Positions 9,434 through 18,990 of a stretch of 64,000 bases of DNA are shown here, in pieces. The first letter of the stretch is position 1. The number at the start of each line of letters is the position of its first letter. The notes below the pieces were generated by a model. The model saw only the letters and a list, made by a program, of their open reading frames with translations. It searched no databases and had not been told where the DNA came from. The stretch is from the NCBI GenBank assembly GCA_965116875.1, contig OZ220733.1, forward strand, positions 1,952,001 through 2,016,000, given 5' to 3'. The position numbers were made by a program, and so were the translations under genes. The stretch is from Candidatus Latescibacterota bacterium. Lineage in GTDB: Bacteria; Latescibacterota; UBA2968; GCA-2709665.

Positions 9434-10522
9434 CTACAGGGTGCCTTGATCTTGCGTTCGGGGCTCATATTGATAGGCCTTGAGCGTCTTTTCAGCAATC
9501 GATTCCCACGACAACGCCTTCGCCCGTTGAAACGCGCCTTTCGAGCAGGCAGACATGTCGCGCTCCCGGATTCCCTCCATTGCACGCCTCAATCCGTTCC
9601 TGTCACTTGCATCGTAGATGATTCCGGAGTTTTCGTCCAGCAGTTCAGGGAGGCAGCCGATGCCGGGCGCGATCACGGGCCGCGCGAACGACATTGCCGT
9701 GATCGCCGATCCCGATGTCAGCATATCCACGAAAGGCAGCACCATGACGTCTGACGCGTTAAAGAAAAGCTGGAGCTCCTCGTCAGGGAAGAATTCGGCC
9801 GTCTGCATGAGAATTCTCGGATCGCCGGCGTGCGCCCGGGCGACCACGTCCGCGCTGTATTCGCTGTTCACCTTGGCGGCGAGGAGCAATCTCAGTTGTT
9901 CGCCCGGCAGACGGGTGAACACCTCGAGCAGCTTCTCCACGCCCTTATAGCGTTTCACGTTTCCGAAAAACAGATATACGAACGCTTCGGCGGCGATCCC
10001 CAACGCTCTCCTGGCCTCGCCGCGCGACACCTTGTTCTCATACGCGTCTATGAAATGGCCGTGGGGAATTGTAAATATGCCGTGGGTCCGGTGAAAGTGT
10101 TTCAACACTTGCGCGCGTCCGTACTCGCAGTGCACGATCAGGGCTGTTGCAAGCCTCGTAATCGCCAGGCGCGCAAGCCGGTCCAGGCCCGGATGCGGAC
10201 GTTCGTGCGGATACAGGTTGTGGACGGTCCACACAACCCGGTATCCCAGGAACCGGGCGAGTGTCAGATGGCCGATCAGTTCCGCGCACCTTTCGACGCT
10301 CTCGCCGGCATCGTCCGTATTGTACATATAGGAGGGCCAGTTCAGGTGCAAAACGTCCACGCGGCCCCGGTTTTCCATCAACCACGATTCGCTCAGATCC
10401 TCGTCGTATCCGGCTTCCAGTTCCACCCCGAGCCCGGCCATCGCCCGGGCGAGCAAGGGGCCGTAGGGGTTGTTTTTTTCGAAGCCGAGCCCCGCCCTGC
10501 CCCAGTAGAACACCGCCCGCAT
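9434..10522 (-). CDS. Glycosyltransferase family 4 (GT-B) protein
   Basis: NNPY, VLHLNW, VVWTVHNLYPHE, IPHG, LFFGNVKRYKG, ASDVMVLPF, TSGSAITAMSFARPVIA. Confidence 0.9.
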   Translation of the reverse strand: MRAVFYWGRAGLGFEKNNPYGPLLARAMAGLGVELEAGYDEDLSESWLMENRGRVDVLHLNWPSYMYNTDDAGESVERCAELIGHLTLARFLGYRVVWTVHNLYPHERPHPGLDRLARLAITRLATALIVHCEYGRAQVLKHFHRTHGIFTIPHGHFIDAYENKVSRGEARRALGIAAEAFVYLFFGNVKRYKGVEKLLEVFTRLPGEQLRLLLAAKVNSEYSADVVARAHAGDPRILMQTAEFFPDEELQLFFNASDVMVLPFVDMLTSGSAITAMSFARPVIAPGIGCLPELLDENSGIIYDASDRNGLRRAMEGIRERDMSACSKGAFQRAKALSWESIAEKTLKAYQYEPRTQDQGTL

Positions 10523-10621
10523 ACGTGTCTCCCGGTGTCCGGTCCCGGAAAGATCTGATGATTCACCCGCCTGCGCGAACCGCCAACCCGGCGGCTGTGC
10601 GGGGACCGGGACGCCAATGGT

Positions 10622-12613
10622 CTACAGCAACACCCTCTTAACGGTCCGGCTCCACTGCTTCTGATAATACAGGCCTTCGTTCAAATATACGTTCAGCCCC
10701 AGGTTCATCACAAAACAATCCGCGTTGCTCGTCAGCGATCCGGTCGCTTCGGAACGCACCTCGCACCCCGGCCACGCGACCGACGCCGTCTTTTTCGAAC
10801 GGGTCCAGGCCTCCCCCGGGGTTCTGTTCGACACTCCCATCTCGCCTTCGCCCCCGAACAGAACCAGGCGGTACCGGTCTTCCAGCACGTCGTGCACCAC
10901 CTGCCATGGCGCGTCGCCGGACCCGGTGGACCTCGCGGGATGCGGCGAAGGCGAATAGTCAAACTCCGGATCCCTCCCGCCGTTCCATACCGGCAACTCG
11001 ACCTTCGATGGGTAATCCGGTCCCCAGTGTACCGAGATCCGGCCGGACCGCGGCGTGGGCCATACGTTGGGGAAATCCGATCCGTTGATGCTGATCCCGA
11101 TCCGGTGTCCCTTCGTGAATCTCCACGCCGTGGCTTCCATGTGGAACGTGACCGGAGAAACCTCACCAGGAACCATGGGAACAGCCCGGTCCATCCCCTC
11201 CCGCCGGGTCGCATTCAGTATTCCTTTTGTCACGAGCACGCTGGCGCCGTCCGGGGCAATCTCCAATAGCCGAACGGCTACGGGTATCACTTCTACGTCG
11301 GAACTGATATACAGGCTGAATGCCGGCGTTCCCAGGATCGACACCGGCTCCGCAAGGGGCGGTGAAACAAAATTGACCGCCCGCGCCGAATCCTCCCGCT
11401 GGTCTCCCGGCAGCGTGAAGGGCGTCCCTCCGTCCCACAACCCCCCCTGCCGGCATGCCGCCGGCAGATATGCGACTGAAGCGGCACCCCCTTCTTCTGC
11501 CGGGCCGCCCGCCAGGTTTTCGCCATGAAGAAAGAACGTCTCCGGCGCCTGCTGAGGAAGACCGTCGGCCATCCGCCAATTTCCGGCAATCCTGGTGCGA
11601 TCCGTCAGCGGTTCTTCATATTCCCGCTGGTATACCTGAACCGGGGGTTCTTCCGGAACGCCGTTGTTCATTTCCTTCAGCCAGCAGTCCCACCAGCGCA
11701 GCAATTCATAGTAGATGTCGACTCGGGGTCCGCAGTGCGACTGGTCTCCGTACGAATGCGACCACGGTCCCATCAGCAGGCGCCTGGGCGATTGCAGCGC
11801 CCGGTACACGCGCAACGGCGGCGTGGGATACCCGTCGTGCCAGCCGCCGATCAACAGGGCCGCCGCGGAGATTCGATCGTAGTGTCCGGAAATAGATCCC
11901 ACCGCCCAATAGTCATCCTCCACCTGATGGGAAATCCATTTCAGAAGATAGGGCTCGTTCTCCTCCAGTCGCTGCTGCCAGAGTTCGCTCCACCGCTCGC
12001 CGACGGCTTCCCGGAACGGGGGCAGCCCGTTGCGGGCGACCATATTCAGGCCGTAGGTCAGCATGTCATAGAAGCCGCGAAGGCATCCCCCCTTGTAGTG
12101 ACAGTCATCCGTGTATCTTCTGTCCGTAAAATAGGCCGGCGCGATTGCTTTCAACGCCGGCGGGGCCATGGCGGCAACCTGCAGCGTCGTGAAACCGCTA
12201 TAGGACGTACCCAGCATCCCCACGCGGCCGCTGCACCACGGCTGGTCCGCCAGCCATGCGATGGCGTCGTAACCGTCGCGCGTTTCCTCCTCCATATACT
12301 CGTCTCTGCTCACGCCTTCCGAATTTCCCGTCCCCCGTGCGTTCAAATAGACAAATGCATACCCGCGCTCGGCGAAATACCGTGCCATGGGGGACGTTGT
12401 TCCGTCCGATCCGCCCCGGTACGGATCGTACCACACCAGGGCCGGAAACGCGTCTTCGGCCAGCGGCCGGGTTATCGTCGCGCCCAGAGAGGTCCCGTCA
12501 CGCGTCGGGATGCGATATCGATTGCTCGTTTCGAACCCATACTCAGCCGTGGAACACATTTGCCTCTTCGAGATGTCCACCGGTAATCCCTCACCTTTGT
12601 ATTGACATAGCAA
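10622..12613 (-). CDS. CocE/NonD family serine hydrolase (peptidase S15-like)
   Basis: IPTRDGTSL, PY, RGTGNSEG, nucleophile elbow GTSYSG, GGWHDGY, GPWSH, C-terminal jelly-roll region. The start codon is uncertain. Confidence 0.9.
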   Translation of the reverse strand: MLCQYKGEGLPVDISKRQMCSTAEYGFETSNRYRIPTRDGTSLGATITRPLAEDAFPALVWYDPYRGGSDGTTSPMARYFAERGYAFVYLNARGTGNSEGVSRDEYMEEETRDGYDAIAWLADQPWCSGRVGMLGTSYSGFTTLQVAAMAPPALKAIAPAYFTDRRYTDDCHYKGGCLRGFYDMLTYGLNMVARNGLPPFREAVGERWSELWQQRLEENEPYLLKWISHQVEDDYWAVGSISGHYDRISAAALLIGGWHDGYPTPPLRVYRALQSPRRLLMGPWSHSYGDQSHCGPRVDIYYELLRWWDCWLKEMNNGVPEEPPVQVYQREYEEPLTDRTRIAGNWRMADGLPQQAPETFFLHGENLAGGPAEEGGAASVAYLPAACRQGGLWDGGTPFTLPGDQREDSARAVNFVSPPLAEPVSILGTPAFSLYISSDVEVIPVAVRLLEIAPDGASVLVTKGILNATRREGMDRAVPMVPGEVSPVTFHMEATAWRFTKGHRIGISINGSDFPNVWPTPRSGRISVHWGPDYPSKVELPVWNGGRDPEFDYSPSPHPARSTGSGDAPWQVVHDVLEDRYRLVLFGGEGEMGVSNRTPGEAWTRSKKTASVAWPGCEVRSEATGSLTSNADCFVMNLGLNVYLNEGLYYQKQWSRTVKRVLL

Positions 12614-12736
12614 TACGGATTGTTTACCTACAAACAGCGTACATCAGTCTGTCAAAGCGGCCAGATCGGGCGTTAACAAACGTTACAGTGGTAAACGTCC
12701 CAGTCCAAAGCCTTTAAATGACATCCTTGAGACCTG

Positions 12737-12868
12737 CCCTGAGCCGTTCCCTGAGCCTGTCGAAGGGTCGAAGGGCCGGCGAAGGGCTCTCGATTCGCGG
12801 GCATTTCGACATTTCGACACCCTTCGACAGGCTCAGGGACCGAGCTCAATGCAGGCATGCTCAATGAC
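12737..12868. repeat. Cluster of nested REP-like units
   Basis: CCCTGAGCC-GTT[CCCTGAGCCTGTCGAAGGG]TCGAAGGG, followed by CATTTCGAC ATTTCGAC A[CCCTTCGACAGGCTCAGGG]ACCG AGCTCAATG CAGGCAT GCTCAATG. Confidence 0.8.
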
Positions 12869-12986
12869 CACGCAGCCATTGGTTCGTTTCAACAAGCCGG
12901 CCTCGTAAAGCTTGCTTTGGGGGCTACGGTTTACCACCGGGATTCGATGACGATTGATTCGTCAATTCGCTTCGGCGGAGGAAGCA

Positions 12987-14816
12987 ATGCGTTACAGGAG
13001 CATGCTACACTGCGTCCGGGACCTGGAGAAAAACGGCCACCTCGTCCGGATCCGGGAGGAAGTCGATCCGGACCTTGAAATGGCCGAAATCCACCGCCGC
13101 GTCTATCAGGCACGCGGGCCGGCCCTTTTCTACGAAAACGTCAGGGGCAGCGCGTTTCCAGCGGTGTCGAACCTGTTCGGCACGCTCGAACGATCCCGCT
13201 TCATTTTCCGCTCCACGCTGAAGTGGGTCAGGCGTCTGATTGAAATCAAAGCCGACCCGCCGGCGTACCTGAAAGCGCCCTGGAAAGCCGCGGGCATTGC
13301 CAGCATCGCCCTGAACATCCCGCCCCGAAAGGTCACGTCCGGTCCCGTCCTCAAACATACGACCACGATCGCCCGGCTCCCGCAGATCAGGTGCTGGCCG
13401 GACGACGGCGGCGCGTTCATCCTGCTTCCACAGGTCTACACCGAAGATCCTCTGAATCCCGGTATCCTCAGTTCCAACCTGGGGATGTACCGCATTCAAA
13501 TGTCGGGAAATCAATACGAGCCCGACAGATCCGTCGGGCTGCATTACCAGATCCGTCGCGACATCGGCATCCACCATACGAATGCCATCGAAAGTGGCGA
13601 GCCCCTTCGGGTGAGTGTCTTCGTCGGCGGGCCCCCCGCACACACGTTTGCCGCGGTCATGCCCCTTCCCGAAGGCCTGCCCGAAGTCGCTTTCGCGGGC
13701 GGGCTGGCCGGCCGACGGTTCCGATATCTATCAAAAAACGGCTTCACGATATCCGCCGAAGCCGATTTCTGTATCACGGGGGAAGTTTACCCGGGCGAAA
13801 CCCTGCCCGAAGGCCCGTTCGGCGACCACCTGGGATATTACAGCCTCGCGCACGAGTTTCCCGTGCTGCGTGTGGATACCGTCTATCATCGCAAGGACGC
13901 CGTCTGGCCCTTTACCGTTGTCGGCCGCCCTCCCCAGGAAGACACCGCCTTCGGCGAACTCATTCACGAGTTGACAGGCCCCATGGTCCCTGTCGAGCTT
14001 CCCGGCCTGAAGGCCATCAACGCCGTCGACGCCGCCGGCGTTCACCCCCTGCTGCTGGCCATCGGCAGCGAGCGCTACGTACCCTATCGCGAACGGCAAC
14101 CCCAGGAGATCCTCACCATCGCCAATGCGCTGCTGGGGTTCGGCGCGTGCTCGCTCGCCAAATATTTATTGATCGTAGCGGGCGAAGACAATCCGGAACT
14201 GGACATTCACGACATTGCGGACTTTCTCCGCCACCTCCTCGAACGCGTGGACTGGACCCGCGACCTGCATTTTCAGACCCGCACGACCATCGACACCCTG
14301 GACTATTCCGGCACCGGCCTGAATGAAGGCTCCAAGGTTGTGATCGCCGCGGCCGGCGCAAAAAAGCGGGATCTGCCTGTCGAGATTCCTGGCGACCCGA
14401 GTCTGCCCGACGATCTGAAGAACCCGAAGGTCGCGCTTCCGGGCATCCTCGCGGTGGAGGCGCCCCCCTTCAACGCTCCCGCGGATGGAGAAACGGCGAA
14501 GCGACTGACCGCAGCCCTGGAGTCCGTGGAGCAGGTTCGGGGCTTTCCGTTGATCCTGCTCGTGGACGATGCCGACTTCACGGCGCGCACGCTGAACAAT
14601 TTCCTGTGGGTTGCGTTTACCCGGTCCAATCCCTCACATGACGTCTACGGTGTCGGTAGCTTCATCGAAAACAAACACTGGGGCTGTCACGGGCCCCTGA
14701 TCATCGACGCCCGCCTGAAGCCCCACCACGCGCCGCCTTTGGTGGAAGACCCCCAAATCACACGGAAGGTTGATCGCCTAGGCGAGCGCAGCGGCCCCCT
14801 TCACGGGTTTGTCTGA
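12987..14816 (+). CDS. UbiD family (prFMN-dependent) decarboxylase, long form
   Basis: EEVDPDLEMAEI, NLFGT, WPDDGG, NLGMYRIQ, EGPFGDHLGYY, VVGRPPQED, DTLDYS. Confidence 0.9.
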   Translation: MRYRSMLHCVRDLEKNGHLVRIREEVDPDLEMAEIHRRVYQARGPALFYENVRGSAFPAVSNLFGTLERSRFIFRSTLKWVRRLIEIKADPPAYLKAPWKAAGIASIALNIPPRKVTSGPVLKHTTTIARLPQIRCWPDDGGAFILLPQVYTEDPLNPGILSSNLGMYRIQMSGNQYEPDRSVGLHYQIRRDIGIHHTNAIESGEPLRVSVFVGGPPAHTFAAVMPLPEGLPEVAFAGGLAGRRFRYLSKNGFTISAEADFCITGEVYPGETLPEGPFGDHLGYYSLAHEFPVLRVDTVYHRKDAVWPFTVVGRPPQEDTAFGELIHELTGPMVPVELPGLKAINAVDAAGVHPLLLAIGSERYVPYRERQPQEILTIANALLGFGACSLAKYLLIVAGEDNPELDIHDIADFLRHLLERVDWTRDLHFQTRTTIDTLDYSGTGLNEGSKVVIAAAGAKKRDLPVEIPGDPSLPDDLKNPKVALPGILAVEAPPFNAPADGETAKRLTAALESVEQVRGFPLILLVDDADFTARTLNNFLWVAFTRSNPSHDVYGVGSFIENKHWGCHGPLIIDARLKPHHAPPLVEDPQITRKVDRLGERSGPLHGFV

Positions 14817-14823
14817 TGAACAG

Positions 14824-16260
14824 TCAATATAAATCGTCGGCAGTCGTGACCGCACACCAGCGCGCGGTGAACCATTCTTCGATCAGCGCCTTTCGGGCCC
14901 TGGGCGTGCCGATACGCCTGAGCGCCAGCCCCGCATAAAACCGGTTATAGCGGTTCTCGTCGCCGAGAACGTCCACCAGGTCATCCACCGCCGGATCTCC
15001 CGTCTCGCCGACGTTGCAAAGCAACAACGCCGCATTCCGCCGAACGCGGTAGTCGGGGTCCTTCACCGCCCTGAATACCGCCGGAAGAACCTTCCCGGAA
15101 TCCGCCCCGATCGAACGCAACGCTTCCAGCGCGTTGCGACGGACCCACCAGTGATCGTCCCCAACCTTCTCGACAAGGCTGAACACCGCGGCCCGCGCCG
15201 CCGGGCCTATCCGGGCGAGCACGTCCGCCGCCATGGCCCGAACCCACCAGTGATCGTCTTCCAACGCCTCCAGCAGCGGGTGGATGGCTGCCTCGCCCAT
15301 GGTTGACAACGCGCGCGCGGCCGCTCCCGGCGTTGGATTGGTCCCGTGCGCGTTGTCCGCCGTCTTTGCGGTCGTATCCTCGATGGCCGCCAGTGTTTCC
15401 CTGCGCATCGCATCCACGAGCAGCGGAATCGACGTTCTGTCGCTGGCGAGCGCATACGCCGTATTGACACGCACGCACTCGTCCTCGTCGAACAGGCCTG
15501 CTTCCTTCACGTCCCCGGTCGCTTCCGAACGCCCGTTGTCGGCACTTCCACGCATCCAATTCCAGACGTCCCTGGTCACCGCCGGGTTGGCATCGTCTTC
15601 CGGGGGCGTCCAGGTTTCATTCCGATGTTTCCACGTGGGTCCCTCCGGTTCCCGAAGTCGCGTAAACTGAAACTTCAGCATATATCTCTTGTTGTCGCTG
15701 ACGTTCGGGTTCGCCCGGTGCCACGAGTCGAAATGCATCAGCGTCACGATCCCGGCATCGCCGCAGATGGCATACCCCGGCTCCCGGGTTGCTTCCGGGT
15801 TGGGATCTGAAATGGTCTTGTAGTTCTGCATGCGCGGAATCACCCCGGACGGACCCATATCGATCGACGTATTCTGCGGATAATAGAAAGCGAGCACCCA
15901 CTGAAAACGCGGATGACGGATATTGTGGTCGAAGACGTAACAATCCTTGTGCCAGCTTTGCCCGTTGCTGCCCGGTGGGTTCAGATGGCAGTGCCGATGC
16001 GGATTCATGATGTAGTCGGGTCCGAGAAGACTCGTGAGTGCGCCGCGCACGACCGGCTGATCGAATACCTGCTGAATCCGGGGCACGCGCGGGAGTATAT
16101 TGTTGCCGACGTTGCCTTCGCTGTCGAAAACGGTTTCGATCTCGTCGTAGATCCTGCCGTGCATCCCGGAGATTGCATCCGTCTGGACCGTGATGAAGCC
16201 GTCCAGAATAAAGCGCTGGATCTGCGCATCCGAAAGAAGATGATTGTTCTGCATTACCAT
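14824..16260 (-). CDS. Phytanoyl-CoA dioxygenase (PhyH)-family domain fused to HEAT/PBS-lyase repeats
   Basis: N-terminal LSDAQIQRFILDGF, WHKD and WHRA (HxD...H triad). C-terminal repeats DDHWWVRAMAADVL, DDHWWVRRNALEAL, DPDYRVRRNAALLL. Confidence 0.85.
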   Translation of the reverse strand: MVMQNNHLLSDAQIQRFILDGFITVQTDAISGMHGRIYDEIETVFDSEGNVGNNILPRVPRIQQVFDQPVVRGALTSLLGPDYIMNPHRHCHLNPPGSNGQSWHKDCYVFDHNIRHPRFQWVLAFYYPQNTSIDMGPSGVIPRMQNYKTISDPNPEATREPGYAICGDAGIVTLMHFDSWHRANPNVSDNKRYMLKFQFTRLREPEGPTWKHRNETWTPPEDDANPAVTRDVWNWMRGSADNGRSEATGDVKEAGLFDEDECVRVNTAYALASDRTSIPLLVDAMRRETLAAIEDTTAKTADNAHGTNPTPGAAARALSTMGEAAIHPLLEALEDDHWWVRAMAADVLARIGPAARAAVFSLVEKVGDDHWWVRRNALEALRSIGADSGKVLPAVFRAVKDPDYRVRRNAALLLCNVGETGDPAVDDLVDVLGDENRYNRFYAGLALRRIGTPRARKALIEEWFTARWCAVTTADDLY

Positions 16261-18140
16261 TTGACCTCCTCGACCGATGGCAAACGCCGCGTTGCGGTCA
16301 GCCCGCTCGCGTGCATCCCCCGGGCCCGTTCCACGGCCGCCAGCACCTGTTCAGCCGTGTAAAAATCGCTCTTGAAAACCTCCCGTCCATCCGGCGCATA
16401 GATGACCAGCAGCGGGATGGTCAACCGGCCGGTTTCTCTCAGCTTCGCCTTGCCAACGGGGTTGTTGCCCGTGATATCGACCTTGACAGCGGCCACGTCG
16501 GGCGCCGCCAGCAGTTTTACAACTTCCGAACTCTGCAGTACGTTGTGCTCCAGTACTTTACAGTTCAAACACCACTCCGCGGTGAAGTCCATGACCACAG
16601 CTTGGCCCTCCTCCAGCGCCTCCTGGAACCGCGCGGGCGTGTAGTAGATCCAGTCGATCGGTCCCTTATCCGTAAACCGGACGGCGCCTGCCGCGGAGGA
16701 AATGAAAAGCGCCGCGCCGAGAAGACCGAAGACTGCACGCCGTCCGGTCCGGGCGGTGATCCGAAACGTCCCGTAGACCAGCCAGAAACCGGCGGCGGCG
16801 CCGAATGCCATCACGGCCCACCAGTATTCCCTGCCCGGCGGATCGGGAGGCGTGACAACAAGCGCGCTGAGGCCGACGCCCACGAAGTAGGCCGCCGCCG
16901 CCAGCATCAGCAGCCCCATCACCTGCTTGATCAACTCGCTTGCCGGGCCCGTGCGGGGCATCCGTTCCACCAGCGCGGGAAAGATCGAAAGCGCCATGTA
17001 AGGGGCGGCCATCCCGGCGCCGATCGAGGCGAACGTCAGCAGCGTGGTTGCCGGAACCTGTGTGGCCGCCCACGCTGCGGCCGCACCCATGAAAGGCGCC
17101 GTGCAGGGCGTGGAAAGCAAGGCCGTCATCATGCCGAACCCGAACGACCCTCCCAGGCTGTCCTGGCCCGGGTTGAACCGGTATACCGCCTGCGGCAACC
17201 GGATGTAAAACAGCCCGCACATGCCTACGGCCATGGCTGCGATGATGATGCCCACGAGGATCGTAAACACCGGATACTGAAACAGCTGATTGGTGGCCGT
17301 AAATCCACTGATGCCGGCAATCATTATACCCAGCGCCAGCCAGAAGGCGACCACTCCCAGAGACATCGATCCCCCAAGCACAAGGCGCCGGGTCCGATTC
17401 TCCGATACCTGCGCCAGCCCGATAATCTTGATGGGAATGACCGGAAGCACGCAGGGCGTCAGGTTAAGCAGCCCGCCACCGAAGGCCGCCACGATCAGGA
17501 GCAGAATCAGCCCGCCGCCGGATGACGTATCGATCGAGAACGTCCAGCCGAACAGATCGAAGCGCACGCCGCCAGCCCCGGCGCCCGCGCCGGTTTCACC
17601 ATACCCTTCGAACAGCGCCGAGTTCAACCGGTTGACTGCCTGTCCGGCGTCCACAATCCGCAGCGACGCCTCCAATTCGACCGTTTTGGGTATGAAACAC
17701 GTGTACGCGTCGCAGGCCTGGTACTCCACCTCGAGTCGAATCCGCTGAGGTGCCGGCTGTACCTCTTCCCCCACCTTGATGGGCAGGTAAAACACGGTTC
17801 GGCCTTCGTACACCATAAGTTCGCCGTCGGCATAGTCTGCCTTTATTGGATGAGGCTTCGGGAAGCGAACGGCTTCAAGGGTGAGTCCGCTCGCCGCCTC
17901 AAGAATGCGGACGTCTGTGGGATAGGGTTCGAAATCGCCAACCACCACCACCTGCGCCGGATCCGGGTTGATGTGGAATTCATCGTCGATATCCACCACG
18001 ATGGCCAGCGCCACGAGGTCGCCGGGCCGCGCACCGTCCACCGGCCAGGCCGTGCTCACGCTGACTTTGTCCTGTGCGTGAGCCGACGCCGGCGTCAGGA
18101 GAAACGCGACCATCAGGGCAATCAACCCGGATCTGAGCAT
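16254..18140 (-). CDS. dsbD: DsbD-like thiol:disulfide interchange protein
   Basis: Signal peptide; alpha domain YQACDAYTC; membrane domain LNLTPCVLP and STPCTAPF; thioredoxin domain DFTAEWCLNCK. Confidence 0.85.
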   Translation of the reverse strand: MLRSGLIALMVAFLLTPASAHAQDKVSVSTAWPVDGARPGDLVALAIVVDIDDEFHINPDPAQVVVVGDFEPYPTDVRILEAASGLTLEAVRFPKPHPIKADYADGELMVYEGRTVFYLPIKVGEEVQPAPQRIRLEVEYQACDAYTCFIPKTVELEASLRIVDAGQAVNRLNSALFEGYGETGAGAGAGGVRFDLFGWTFSIDTSSGGGLILLLIVAAFGGGLLNLTPCVLPVIPIKIIGLAQVSENRTRRLVLGGSMSLGVVAFWLALGIMIAGISGFTATNQLFQYPVFTILVGIIIAAMAVGMCGLFYIRLPQAVYRFNPGQDSLGGSFGFGMMTALLSTPCTAPFMGAAAAWAATQVPATTLLTFASIGAGMAAPYMALSIFPALVERMPRTGPASELIKQVMGLLMLAAAAYFVGVGLSALVVTPPDPPGREYWWAVMAFGAAAGFWLVYGTFRITARTGRRAVFGLLGAALFISSAAGAVRFTDKGPIDWIYYTPARFQEALEEGQAVVMDFTAEWCLNCKVLEHNVLQSSEVVKLLAAPDVAAVKVDITGNNPVGKAKLRETGRLTIPLLVIYAPDGREVFKSDFYTAEQVLAAVERARGMHASGLTATRRLPSVEEVKW

Positions 18141-18441
18141 ATCTGAGTACTCCTTAAAGGTCGATGAGAGGAAAGAAACGGTAGAGGTATCGCCGGTGGC
18201 AGGACGCCCGGATTATGGACTGACGGCTGATCGCTTGTTTGATGCCGGCTTACGACTCATAGCCGATCGCTTCTTTCCTCCTTCAGCACGTGTAAAAGAA
18301 GCGAAAAGACGTTGTGATGGCAACGCTTTTTTCTTTGCGAACCACGGGAACCGTCCTTAATTTAGGCCGCGAAATTTCCTTCCCGGCGTCCATGTCGTGA
18401 AAGCCCGCTTTCTGCTCTGAACCTCTTTCGGGAATCCTTCC

Positions 18442-18990
18442 TTGAATCTGCTTCGTGCCTACGTCGGCCTTGCGGATCGGCTGAACGAACGGATTGGCGT
18501 TGCCGTATCCTGGCTCACCACGGTCCTCGTGGCGGTTGTCTGTTACGACGTGTTCACGCGCTACCTGATGAAGAGCAGCCTGGTGGCAATACAGGAGCTG
18601 CAATGGCATCTGTTTGCCGTCATTTTTCTTATCGGGGCGGCATATACCCTGAAGCATGGCAAGCATGTGCGGGTGGATGTCTTCTACAACCGCTTCCCGG
18701 CGAAAACACGGGCGTGGGTGGACTTCGTCGGAAGTCTGGTCTTTCTCCTGCCGTTCTGCCTGGTGGCCATCTGGTGTTCTCATACGTTCGTAGCGAACGC
18801 GTTTCTCATCGGCGAAGGTTCGCCCGATCCGGGCGGATTACCCGCGCGGTTCATCCTGAAAGCCGCCATTCCGGTCGGCTTTCTTCTGCTGGCCTTACAG
18901 GGTCTGGCGCTGGCATCTGTTTCGCTTCTCAAAATCGCAGGGAGCGAGGCGATAGACCCTGAAGCGGAACAACAGGGGACCGGCTCATGA
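18442..18990 (+). CDS. dctQ: TRAP transporter small permease
   Basis: Four hydrophobic segments; DVFTRY, QELQWHLF, HVRVDVFY, EGSPDPGGLP. Confidence 0.9.
   Translation: MNLLRAYVGLADRLNERIGVAVSWLTTVLVAVVCYDVFTRYLMKSSLVAIQELQWHLFAVIFLIGAAYTLKHGKHVRVDVFYNRFPAKTRAWVDFVGSLVFLLPFCLVAIWCSHTFVANAFLIGEGSPDPGGLPARFILKAAIPVGFLLLALQGLALASVSLLKIAGSEAIDPEAEQQGTGS

Noticed and set aside
9274-9483. Short ORFs with LSLSK, LRQAQ or PEPVEG peptides (also 12673-12879 and 28608-28970)
   Set aside because: They are translations of the REP-like repeat, not independent genes.
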